Assembly: GCA_016906335.1 (NCBI GenBank) | Contig: JADEYG010000002.1 | Span: 434,001 to 498,000 of the forward strand | Reading direction: 5' to 3' | DNA from: Novakomyces olei | Taxonomy: Eukaryota | Length of the DNA: 64,000 nt | Program-made: the position numbers and the translations under genes | Shown: piece after piece, positions 1 to 9,812 of the stretch | Layout of the letters: each line of letters opens with the position of its first letter | Position numbering within the stretch: the first letter of the stretch is position 1 | The notes under the pieces: generated by a model | What the model saw: the letters and a program-made list of their open reading frames with translations, nothing else | The model's database searches: none | Told to the model about the DNA's origin: nothing

Positions 1-713
1 AACAAGATGTAAAAAAGTGACTGTTCTCAATCTTTTAGTCCTTGTTCGGCCTGTCTTTAATAGAAAAATATTACGTGTCGGTTTAATTCTAGGCATATTT
101 CTGATAATTAAGACCAATAAAAGATCAGCGTTTGATTTCTAGCTACTAATAGAGTCACGGCACGAAATAAAGGAACTTCGTCTTCGAAATTTACATTCTA
201 TTTGTTGATGTCTTCCATTCATTAAGACTTTTATTTCTGCGGAATGCGCTTCACAAGATTGTTTCCTGAGAAGCACTTTTTGTAATATCAGAGATTCAGC
301 CGTAATAATATTGATAAAGTCTCCAGAGATGTATGAGGTACTCATTTCTGAAAAGCCCAGCCTTTATTTTCAATGATGCCTGACCGGAGACAGAACGAAA
401 CTAAGGGAGATACCAATTGCTTTAATTAATTGATAGCAAAGCCAAATAGATTATTTCAACAAATGATGAAGCCACAATGCCATGGATTCCAATGATATAA
501 ATAAAAGAGGCCAATCTATATCATATCAATTTGCTCGTTGACAAAAAAAGTGAATTCAGGGAAAGTGAGCGCTGTATATTTGGATCGCAATTTAAAGGGA
601 TGCGTATATAAACAGGTTTGGGATGGGATGCAGAGAAATTTCCAGATATAAATATAGTCTAAGGGTGCATTATATCAAAATCTAATAGACTAATATTATT
701 ATTACTATTATTA

Positions 714-1028
714 TGTTAGTGGTCAATTCTTATCGCACTTCTAAGAGTATTAGGAATCGTAATTGAAATCGGTGATTGTAATTAAGAAGGCGGCCACCAG
801 GGCGCCGTAACAAATACTCGTAGTAAAACAGTTAATAACTCTGGCTTTCAAAAGCGGCGGAAGGCCGGCCTTTTATAGCCTTTAAGACAAAGAACAAAGA
901 ACAAAGAACAAAGAACAAAGAACAAAGAACAAAGAACAAAGACAAGGACAGAGAGCGAAGGCCCATACAATATTTCCCTTTTTAGAAACTACCTCTACAA
1001 GGGAGGTAAGGGGCCCCATAGTCTTATA
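714..1028 (-). mobile_element. Possible solo LTR (unassigned family) containing an (AGAACAA)n tract, embedded in ATT microsatellite
   Basis: On the minus strand it reads TATAAGAC...ACTAACA with internal CTATAAAAG; flanks tatta/tgtta are a near-TSD. No second copy in the window. Confidence 0.3.
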
Positions 1029-1030
1029 TG

Positions 1031-1060
1031 TTATTCTTAGTCTTATTCTTATTCTTATTC

Positions 1061-1108
<48 letters not shown>
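1031..1108. repeat. (TTATTC)n/(ATT)n microsatellite
   Basis: Directly visible tandem repeat. Confidence 0.95.
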
Positions 1109-1109
<1 letters not shown>

Positions 1110-1166
1110 GTAAGTATCCACCGTAAACTACATCTGAATCGTTCCCTTGTAGACCAAATAGGTAAT

Positions 1167-1872
1167 TGTAAGGTGGCCCTTAGAGGGGAGCACCGCGGTG
1201 TAAACTCGCGTGTCGCTACAGGCGAACACGGACTGTCCTTTGCGAGACCGCTCGACAAAGGAAGTTCAATCGGGTACCGCGCGAAGCGAGTACCGAGAAA
1301 CGGGAACGTAGACTTGCGCCCGGCGCAAGAACTAAGGAAAAGGAAAAGGACGTTGTCCTTGAAAAGGCGACGGCGCTTCTCTAAAGCTTACCTGCTACAA
1401 GGTTATGTAGCAACTTTGAGATTATAAGCCCGTGGAGAGAGTTCTCTCCATGGGCGACTATGTAGACTATCCTATGAGGCTTAGCGGCTCGCTTAGCCAC
1501 TTCGCGGCCTAAGCCTCATCCCACCACGATCTCAATGCGATGGTCCCAGACCATCCGCATTGGGAAAGCGGTGGCGAGCTATGAACTCTATGGATCGATC
1601 TATCTAGCTTCGTAGCGATGCGCGATCGCTACTACTACTGTCATGCGCCGCGACGTGCCTACGTCGCGCGGGCATGGACGTGGACCTGCTTCGCGCGAGC
1701 CAGGTCCAACCTGCTCGCGAGCTAGGCCACTTACGCGCTTCGCGCGAGTAATGTCCAACATTACCTCGCGCGAGCTATTTAGATCTATCTAGCCTGAAGT
1801 CATCGCCTTTGGCGCTACAGGACTTCAGGCGTCGTTCGCTGTCGTGGTTCACGCGAGGCGGGGATCATGACA
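1167..1872 (-). repeat. 3' LTR of element A
   Basis: Direct repeat of 7365-8070; preceded on the minus strand by PPT AGAAAGGGGGGATAG. Confidence 0.97.
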
Positions 1873-2036
1873 CTATCCCCCCTTTCTAGGGCGAGGTCTC
1901 CGCGCCTATGAAAACCACGTTAGCTACTAGACTGCTATATAAGTGCGCTTTCGGCAATAAAACTATCTAAGTAATATAAAGTAATTTGCGGATGCAAAAC
2001 AAGAATTTTCGCTCTGCGTTCCGGATCAACAACAAC

Positions 2037-2492
2037 ATGTCGCTTGCTCATGTCAGAGATGCTATCGTGCCCTGCGAGTATTGCGTGGCAAACTCTTTGC
2101 CGTGCCGCTTCGTTCTCGGCACTGCACCGTTTGTGCGTCGCTGTATGGTCTGCGCGGCACGTCGCACCCGTTGCGAAGGAGGCCGTTTTCTTCATGACAA
2201 TGAGGAGAACGAGCGCCTTGTTGCCGCGCGTGAAGAACAGCGTGTGAGAGAGCGCGAGGAGCTGCAGCGTCGCCGCGAAAGACGTCGCGCGCGACAGCGA
2301 GCGCAGGAGGAAAGACGTCAGGCACCATTCGAGGTGCATGTAATTGCCGATGACGGTCCTCCGTCAACAAATTCGATCGTCGGTTCGGTTTCGAGTGCGC
2401 TGGCCCAGCGCGATGCGACTATCGCTCGCCTCGAGCGCCGCAACCGTGCGTTGGAGCGCGAGATTCTTTCGCTCCGTGCCGCTCGTCCGTAA
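2037..2492 (+). CDS. Antisense accessory ORF of element A: Zn(II)2Cys6-like domain + charged helix + C-terminal coiled coil (151 aa)
   Basis: CEYC-X6-C-X12-CMVC-X6-C motif; homologous to 12220-12651 from the shared MSLA start; TATATAA at 1936-1942; AT-rich AATAAA-containing 3' region about 2530-2640. Confidence 0.85.
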   Translation: MSLAHVRDAIVPCEYCVANSLPCRFVLGTAPFVRRCMVCAARRTRCEGGRFLHDNEENERLVAAREEQRVREREELQRRRERRRARQRAQEERRQAPFEVHVIADDGPPSTNSIVGSVSSALAQRDATIARLERRNRALEREILSLRAARP

Positions 2493-2719
2493 TTGTGTGC
2501 GTGACTCAACAGCCATTCCTCCTTGCGTTGTCCCATATTATTTGTTCGACAAGTAATTGAATATGTTTTTGTATAATTTTCTCGTAATAATTTAAACAAT
2601 AATAATCGCGGTATAATCAATAAATCAATAAATCACTTTAAGAGTTGAGTCTTAGTTTCGCGTGGGTGACGAAAGTTGAAGGTCGTCGCCCGAATAGGGA
2701 GCTCGCTTAGCATTCCCAT

Positions 2720-5700
2720 TTAAGAACCAGGTTTGTTCGGGTGTGCACGGTGGAATTCGTTTACCAAATCCATGCAGTTGTGTAAATGTTTCGCAGGCTC
2801 CCACGTGCGGTCGGAGGCGTCGTAGCCTTTCCAATGCACATAATATTGAAGTTGCTTGCGTCGGATGCGCGAGTCTAGAACTTGCTCGACTTCCCATTCC
2901 GGGTTAGCATCCAATATAACTGGAGGTGGTGGCGCGATCTGTTCTCGCGCGATCTGCGACACTGCGTTATGTCGCTCTAGCAATGAAGCGTGGAAGACAG
3001 GATGTATACGCATTGCCTTCGATAGTTCCAAGCGATATGCACGCAAACCAACGCGTGCGATAATCCTAAACGGTCCCAGCTTCTTGGCATCCAGCTTATC
3101 GCATGGCCGCGTAGTGCTAATATTTTTTCGCACTAGCCAGACTTGATCGCCAATAGCAAAACTTTTGTCGACGCGATGCTCATTTGCAAAGCGCGCCTGG
3201 TCGCTGAGAGACTTTTCGATTTCGACTTTCAATAAGCGATGTAGATTCCGTAGGTATTCGATACGTTCATCCGCGGATGGGCATTGTCGCGAAGATGAAA
3301 TCGTAAAGCGACATTTCGGGTTGTAGCCGTAAAAAGCGTAAAACGGTGTTGTCTTTGTAGACGACTGCTCTGAATTGTTGTACGCGAATTGAGCAAAAGG
3401 TAACAAATTGACCCAATTGCTTTGCTGATAGTTGCTGTAGATCCTCAGATATTGCTCTAAGATCTGGTTAAGCCTCTCTGTTTGGCCGTCGCTCTGTGGG
3501 TGGTACGCGGTAGACAACTTCTGCTGTATATCGCATTGCGAAAGCAAGTGTCGTGTAAACTGCGATACAAATACCGAACCCCTGTCAGAGACTATTTCGT
3601 CTGGTAGGCCATAGTTGGCAAATACGCGATGGGCGTAAATCAAAGCTAGCTCAGTAGCCTTAATAGATTCGCGTATTGGTATAAATATTCCGATTTTCGT
3701 AAATCGACAGGTGATTACCCATATGGAGTCGTAGGTTTTTTGTGTAATCGCATCGCGCGACTCCGGTAATTTCACAATGAAGTCCATTGAGATACTTTCC
3801 CAGGGTCTCGCTGGTACTCTCAGTGGGTGTAGTAGTCCATACGGTGCATGTCGCGAAGGCTTGTTTCGCGCACAAGTATCGCACGACTCGACGTAGCTAA
3901 ATATCTCTTTTCGCATGCGTGGCCAATAGTAGTTTCGCATGACTAAGTCCAACGTTTTGGCCTGGCCAGGGTGACCCGCGACATGCGAATCATGGCATGT
4001 CTGTAGTATAGCTAATCGCAAACGATTGTCGTTTGGGATGTATAGCAAACCCGAAAACGTTAGAAGACCCTTTTCGTTTATACTGTAGTTTCGCAGATGT
4101 TCCGACACTGGCTGCTTGCCGAGGTCCTCCATGACAACCTTGCAAGTCTTGTCTTTGCCGTAACATTGTTTAATCTGATCATCAATGCCTGTATCTTCTA
4201 CGGTCGCGAACAGGAAGTGCGATCTGTCCAATAGTGCCATAGTTCGCTCTGGTTTCTCCTGTTCCTTATCGCCGACATAATCGCTTCGCCTAGACAAGGC
4301 ATCCGCTTTGTGATTTAGCTTTCCAGCACGGTATTCAATAACGAAATCATAGGAAGCGATCAATTGCGACCATCGCATCTGTCTACGGCTAAGTACTCTT
4401 GCTGTAAGAAAGTACATGAGATTGCGGTGATCCGTATAAATTGTAGTGCGATGTAACGGACTCTCCAGGTAAACTCGCCATTCGCGAAGACATGCGACAA
4501 TAGCTAACAGCTCTTTGTCGTAGATATCATAGTTTACTTCCGCGCTAGTCATTTTTCGCGAGTAGAACGCGATGGGTCTCATTTCGTCGCTGTTGTCTTT
4601 CTGCGAGAGAATCCCACCGATCGCGAAGTCCGATGCGTCGGTTTCCAAATAACTTGGCTTCTGCGGGTCGAAATGCGCAAGGATCGGCGCACCCAGAAAA
4701 GCGTTCTTCAGAGTTTGGAAAGAGTCAATGCACTCCTTGGAGAAATTAAACTGCGCATCCTTCTTCAGTAAGCGGGTGAGAGGGATGGTAATTTTGCTGT
4801 AGTTTGCAATAAATCTGCGATAGTAATTTGATAGGCCTAAGAACGACATAACGTCTTTCGCGTTCTTGGGTTCAGGCCATGTCTCAATAGAATCAACTTT
4901 CGCTTTCTCCATAGACACTCCTTTCGTAGAGACAACAAAGCCTAGGAACTCTGTCGTGTCTGTGTGGAACTCGCATTTCTCTAGTTTCACAAATAAGTTT
5001 GCTTTGCGAAGTCGTTTCAGTACTTCGCGAACATGCGTCACATGCTCCTCCTCGGTGTCCGAATAGATCAAGATGTCGTCCAAGTATACAACAGCAAAGC
5101 GATCCAGACAATCGCGTAATGTGTCGTTCGCAAGAGCTTGGAAAGATGCCGGGGCGTTCGTGAGCCCGAAAGGCATAACCTGATATTCGTAATGTCCATA
5201 ACGCGTACGGAAGGCGGTTTTCCACTCGTCGCCTTCGCGTATACGGACAAGATTATACGCGCCACGGAGATCTAATCGCGTAAATATCGTCGACTGACGA
5301 ATGCGATCCAATAGCTCCGATATGAGCGGCAGCGCATAGCGATTTTTGACAGTTACCGCGTTTAGCCCGCGATAATCTACGCACAGTCTCAGCGAACCGT
5401 CCTTCTTTTTCACAAAAAGAATTGGAGCCCCCGCGGGCGATGAAGACGGCCTAATGAATCCCTTCGCTAGATTGTCTTTAATGTAGTCGCGTAGTGTTTG
5501 TAGCTCGCGTTCGGCCAGAGGATATATAGGCCCGAACGGCGGCTTCGCGCCTTCTGTCAACGGTATTGCGTGATCCCACGCCTGATGCTGTGGTAGAATG
5601 TCTGCATTTCTTTTCTCAAAAAGATCGCGAAAGTCTGCATACTCGGGAGGTATAGCGACGTTTTTGTCCTCGCTTTTAGCGTCGGTCGCGTATACGCACA

Positions 5701-6271
5701 GCAATCCCGAGTCGTTGCCTCGCGATAGCTTAGCAAATTCCGTCGCACTGATTTGCGATGGTTCGTCTTGTGCCTCGGGCTTCTTGAGGCAGTTTGCTAA
5801 GCAATAGGAAGACTCGAATTCGACTTTTGCACGTCTCCATGCAATCCTTGGCTCATGTTTGTCGAGCCATGGCTTTCCTAAAATAACGTCGTGTCCAGAG
5901 AGCGGTATCACGTTAAACATCATAGTCTCGCGATGTTCGCCTATGGTGACCTCCATGTTTTCAGTCTGGAAGCGAACACCTCCGGTGCGAATCGCTCTTC
6001 CATCCACAACTCGTAGTGGCTCAATCTTCGCCTTCTTCGTTATATCGATTATGCTTCTCGTAGCAAGGCTCTGGCTGATAAAATTCGACGTCGCGCCTGA
6101 GTCGATCAGCGCCTTCGCGTCCAGCTGGCCCTTGCTAGTTCTCAAATTTGCAGTAACTGTGAGATGTATTCCTCTGTCAGGTTCGGGTACCACTGACATC
6201 ACCTCCGAAAGCCTCGTGTCATTAACGCCCAGATCAGGCCTTTCTTTTAGACCTGGGCTCTCGCTTTTCCC
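2720..6271 (-). CDS. pol: Pol of element A (protease, RT, RNase H, integrase, chromodomain), expressed by -1 frameshift from gag
   Basis: LIDSGAT protease; YLDD RT; ETDASD RNase H; HHCC and DDE integrase; GPF motif; WEVEQVLDSR...YYVHWKGY...TWEP chromodomain. Confidence 0.97.
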   Translation of the reverse strand, partial: GKSESPGLKERPDLGVNDTRLSEVMSVVPEPDRGIHLTVTANLRTSKGQLDAKALIDSGATSNFISQSLATRSIIDITKKAKIEPLRVVDGRAIRTGGVRFQTENMEVTIGEHRETMMFNVIPLSGHDVILGKPWLDKHEPRIAWRRAKVEFESSYCLANCLKKPEAQDEPSQISATEFAKLSRGNDSGLLCVYATDAKSEDKNVAIPPEYADFRDLFEKRNADILPQHQAWDHAIPLTEGAKPPFGPIYPLAERELQTLRDYIKDNLAKGFIRPSSSPAGAPILFVKKKDGSLRLCVDYRGLNAVTVKNRYALPLISELLDRIRQSTIFTRLDLRGAYNLVRIREGDEWKTAFRTRYGHYEYQVMPFGLTNAPASFQALANDTLRDCLDRFAVVYLDDILIYSDTEEEHVTHVREVLKRLRKANLFVKLEKCEFHTDTTEFLGFVVSTKGVSMEKAKVDSIETWPEPKNAKDVMSFLGLSNYYRRFIANYSKITIPLTRLLKKDAQFNFSKECIDSFQTLKNAFLGAPILAHFDPQKPSYLETDASDFAIGGILSQKDNSDEMRPIAFYSRKMTSAEVNYDIYDKELLAIVACLREWRVYLESPLHRTTIYTDHRNLMYFLTARVLSRRQMRWSQLIASYDFVIEYRAGKLNHKADALSRRSDYVGDKEQEKPERTMALLDRSHFLFATVEDTGIDDQIKQCYGKDKTCKVVMEDLGKQPVSEHLRNYSINEKGLLTFSGLLYIPNDNRLRLAILQTCHDSHVAGHPGQAKTLDLVMRNYYWPRMRKEIFSYVESCDTCARNKPSRHAPYGLLHPLRVPARPWESISMDFIVKLPESRDAITQKTYDSIWVITCRFTKIGIFIPIRESIKATELALIYAHRVFANYGLPDEIVSDRGSVFVSQFTRHLLSQCDIQQKLSTAYHPQSDGQTERLNQILEQYLRIYSNYQQSNWVNLLPFAQFAYNNSEQSSTKTTPFYAFYGYNPKCRFTISSSRQCPSADERIEYLRNLHRLLKVEIEKSLSDQARFANEHRVDKSFAIGDQVWLVRKNISTTRPCDKLDAKKLGPFRIIARVGLRAYRLELSKAMRIHPVFHASLLERHNAVSQIAREQIAPPPPVILDANPEWEVEQVLDSRIRRKQLQYYVHWKGYDASDRTWEPAKHLHNCMDLVNEFHRAHPNKPGS
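6227..6271 (-). promoter_or_regulatory. -1 ribosomal frameshift signal of element A
   Basis: Slippery G GGA AAA, 6-nt spacer, stem GCCCAGGTC/GATCTGGGC; -1 frame is open into pol; same signal in B. Confidence 0.85.
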
Positions 6272-7194
6272 GGTTCCGTGATACTGTCCATAACCACCGA
6301 GATGCGTTGCTCATAATTGCGTTGCTTCTGTTTGCAATCACGTGCGCGATGACCTTCGCGTCCGCACGTAAAACATCTGTTCTCTTTCTTTCGACGCTGG
6401 CGTTCGTCGCTGGTAATGCTCTTCTTTTCGTAACTGGTAGCATCTACCTCCATGGGAGTGTATCCTTTGTTCGCGATCGTCGCGCCCCTATAGCCTGAAG
6501 CGCCCTTGGCGTTCGTACGGCTAGCGCTTTCGTAGTAACGATCCGACAACCTTTCGTCCACGCGTACAGACTTCTCAATTAAGTCTGACAATGTACGCGA
6601 TTTTTCCAACCGAGATAATTCGTCCTTAATTCGATCTTTCAATCCTTGATAATATTCGTAGCGTAAACTGTGATCGCTAAAATCCAAGTGCGAAGTGATC
6701 TGCTGAAAACGCGAAGTATACTCAGCAACAGATCCTCGCTGTTTGAGCAATGCTAGCTCCCGCTCAGCCTGACTAATGCGGTCGACGCTCCCAAATGTCG
6801 TGGAGAGCTCGTCGCAAAACAGGGCAAAGTCACTGGTAATTAGGCTTTCATCGTGGTCGCGCAAGTGGGGTTCAAACCACGCAAAAGCGGCACCGCGCAG
6901 ATAAGATACCGCAAACAGGACCTTCGCTTCGTCGTTGCGAAACTCATGTGGCTTGAGTCTCACGTATAAGCGAACCTGTGCAAGGAAAGTATCCACCGAT
7001 CTGCGATCACCTCTGAATGTATCCGGCTTCGAAATGCTTGGCCCTTCGCTGACTCCTGATCGTCGAGATCCCCGGGATCCCATTTCCTGGCGAAGGCCTT
7101 CAATAACCGATTTGTCCTTAACGCGCTCCTCTTGGAGCGACGCGATCTGCGCCTGCAGCGTCTGCAGAAACGCGTTCAAGTCCTCTTGACTCAT
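6247..7194 (-). CDS. gag: Gag of element A
   Basis: PDTFRG, SYLRGAAFAW, LKQRGSVAEY, PMEVD motifs and CCHC knuckle CFTCGREGHRARDC. Confidence 0.95.
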   Translation of the reverse strand: MSQEDLNAFLQTLQAQIASLQEERVKDKSVIEGLRQEMGSRGSRRSGVSEGPSISKPDTFRGDRRSVDTFLAQVRLYVRLKPHEFRNDEAKVLFAVSYLRGAAFAWFEPHLRDHDESLITSDFALFCDELSTTFGSVDRISQAERELALLKQRGSVAEYTSRFQQITSHLDFSDHSLRYEYYQGLKDRIKDELSRLEKSRTLSDLIEKSVRVDERLSDRYYESASRTNAKGASGYRGATIANKGYTPMEVDATSYEKKSITSDERQRRKKENRCFTCGREGHRARDCKQKQRNYEQRISVVMDSITEPGKARAQV

Positions 7195-7364
7195 CGTAAT
7201 TCAATAATTCGTTTGTGCTGCTAAACCGTAGCAAAGCACCCTTCGTCGCAACAACTTAGTGCGAAATAAAACTTGTAAATCGAAATTTGTGTACGCCTCC
7301 GTGCGTGACACCTTTCAACGCCGTGTAAATCTGTAGCTTAGACGAGCTCACGGGCTTATAATAG

Positions 7365-8070
7365 TGTAAGGTGGCCCTTAGAGGGGAGCACCGCGGTGTA
7401 AACTCGCGTGTCGCTACAGGCGAACACGGACTGTCCTTTGCGAGACCGCTCGACAAAGGAAGTTCAATCGGGTACCGCGCGAAGCGAGTACCGAGAAACG
7501 GGAACGTAGACTTGCGCCCGGCGCAAGAACTAAGGAAAAGGAAAAGGACGTTGTCCTTGAAAAGGCGACGGCGCTTCTCTAAAGCTTACCTGCTACAAGG
7601 TTATGTAGCAACTTTGAGATTATAAGCCCGTGGAGAGAGTTCTCTCCATGGGCGACTATGTAGACTATCCTATGAGGCTTAGCGGCTCGCTTAGCCACTT
7701 CGCGGCCTAAGCCTCATCCCACCACGATCTCAATGCGATGGTCCCAGACCATCCGCATTGGGAAAGCGGTGGCGAGCTATGAACTCTATGGATCGATCTA
7801 TCTAGCTTCGTAGCGATGCGCGATCGCTACTACTACTGTCATGCGCCGCGACGTGCCTACGTCGCGCGGGCATGGACGTGGACCTGCTTCGCGCGAGCCA
7901 GGTCCAACCTGCTCGCGAGCTAGGCCACTTACGCGCTTCGCGCGAGTAATGTCCAACATTACCTCGCGCGAGCTATTTAGATCTATCTAGCCTGAAGTCA
8001 TCGCCTTTGGCGCTACAGGACTTCAGGCGTCGTTCGCTGTCGTGGTTCACGCGAGGCGGGGATCATGACA
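7365..8070 (-). repeat. 5' LTR of element A
   Basis: Direct repeat of 1167-1872; followed on the sense strand by the PBS 7349-7362. Confidence 0.97.
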
Positions 8071-8075
8071 GTAAT

Positions 8076-8600
8076 TCTCTTTGTTCAGTGAAGTATATAA
8101 GGGAAGAGCCCGAAGGCCTTGCTGGACAAGGTTTTCAACTGTTTTACTGTTACTGTTCGCTGTCCGTCTAACTACTGTCTCTACCGGTTCTTGTTGTTAT
8201 CGTTATCTATCCTTGGCATCCTTACGATTGCCCAGTGTCCTTAGTTAATTCATTATACAGAGTGCAAGATTAAGTTCAACCACTAACAGCTTTGAAAACC
8301 TTCCGCAGAGGCACTGCGCTAAGAAACGTGAAAAAAGAATACAAGAGAAGTTGTTGTATTTACAGCAATAAATTGAAACATGAATGTCAACGATCGAGTT
8401 CCTGAAAGAGACTCTACTGTGAGTTTGAGTCGAGAATCTGAAGGGGAATCGGAGTCTGAACCGTACCATCCCACGCAAGAGAGTGAATTGCTGACCGAAG
8501 TTCCACCGTCGGCAATGCGTCCTGTCAGAACTAGAGACTACATCACTTCATTTGAGAGCCGCGTGAATAGAATGCTTCAACGACAGGCTACGGAGATGCA
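8076..8600 (+). mobile_element. Remnant of an older LTR element that received element A (LTR probably 1109-1166 + 8076-~8259, then a gag-like ORF start at 8380)
   Basis: TGTAAG start at 1109; TATATAA at about 8094; ...ATACA at 8259; the ORF is cut by the LTR at 8601. Confidence 0.4.
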
Positions 8601-9312
8601 TGTAAGGTGGCCCTTAGAGGGGAGCACCGCGGTGTAAACTCGCGTGTCGCTACAGGCGAATACGGACCGTCCTTTGTTAGACCGCTCGACAAAGGAAGTT
8701 CAATCGGGTACCGCGCGAAGCGAGTACCGAAAAACGGGAACGTAGACTTGCGCCCGGCGCAAGAACTAAGAAAAAGGGAACAGACGTTGTCCTACAGGAA
8801 TACGACGGAGCTCCTCTAAAGCTTACCTGCTACAAGGCTATGTAGTGTCATGATCCCCGCCTCGCGCGAACCACGACAGCGAACGACGCCTGAAGTCCTG
8901 TAGCGCCAAAGGCGATGACTTCAGGCTAGATAGATCTAAATAGCTCGCGCGAGGTAATGTTGGACATTACTCGCGCGAAGCGCGTAAGTGGCCTAGCTCG
9001 CGAGCAGGTTGGACCTGGCTCGCGCGAAGCAGGTTCACGTCCATGCCCGCGCGACGTAGGCACGTCGCGGCGCATGACAGAACTAGTAGCGATCGCGCAT
9101 CGCTACGAGGCTAGATAGATCGATCCATAGGGTACATAGCTCGCCACCGCTTTCCCAATGCGGATGGTCTGGGACCATCGCATTGAGATCGTGGTGGGAT
9201 GAGGCTTAGGCCGCGAAGTGACTAAGCGAGCCGCTAAGCCTCATAGGATAGTCTACATAGTCGCCCATGGAGAGAACTCTCTCCACGGGCTTATAATCTC
9301 AAAGTTGCTACA
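8601..9312. mobile_element. Diverged family-A LTR with internal inversion (8601-8845 minus, 8846-9312 plus)
   Basis: Both pieces match LTR-A; TGTAG at 8841-8845 is duplicated in inverted form as CTACA at 9308-9312. Confidence 0.9.
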
Positions 9313-9812
9313 TGTAATGAACCGCGAAGTTCCATTCGCGAAGTTCCAATTTGGAACTTTTAACGGTTCTTCTCATAGTTGTTCGTAGGATCTTTTCATA
9401 GTTCCGTGCGGAAGCTGTATCTTCCGCACGAAGTGGAACTAGGCCCGACTGGGCAATTCAGCCACCGCGTGGCTGGACTTCGCCAGCCACGCAACAGTCA
9501 CGCCAAAGTTCTATAAATAGTTCCGCACCCGGGAAGAGATTTCTCTTCACGGGTTAACTCTCTCTTTAATACAAGAATAGAATTCAATCTACGAGTTCTA
9601 CGAACTCTCCTCCTTTTGCTGCGGCTACCTCCGCTGTTTTAGCAACAGTACCTGTAGAGGCAGGATAGGCTCCACCGAAGGTTCTTCGAACTTCGGCGAC
9701 CTTTCAGTTTCTCACAGAAGCGGTCAATTAGAGCCACACTCGATACGGGCTCCATGTGTAAGAAACTGGAAGGTCGCCGAAGTTCGAAGAACCTTCGGTG
9801 GAGCCTATCCTG
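9313..9812 (+). mobile_element. Truncated LTR of a third gypsy-like family (C)
   Basis: TGTAAT start; TATAAATA at 9512; hairpin ending ACGGGTT as in LTR-A/B; long inverted repeat 9661-9812. Confidence 0.6.

Larger units (their letters stand above)
1167..8070 (-). mobile_element. Full-length Ty3/gypsy chromovirus, element A
   Basis: 706-bp LTRs 1167-1872 and 7365-8070 (TG...CA, identical by eye); TSD GTAAT at 1162-1166 and 8071-8075; PPT next to 1872; open gag and pol with PR-RT-RH-IN-chromodomain order. Confidence 0.97.

Noticed and set aside
882-1121. Poly-Ile ORF
   Set aside because: Microsatellite translation.
1173-1427. 84-aa ORF repeated at 7371, 8607, 9798 and 20478
   Set aside because: Lies inside LTR-A, starts at GTG, recurs only because the LTR is repeated and is altered in the diverged copy.
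2037-2492. env-like third ORF
   Set aside because: Antisense, with no signal peptide or transmembrane segment.
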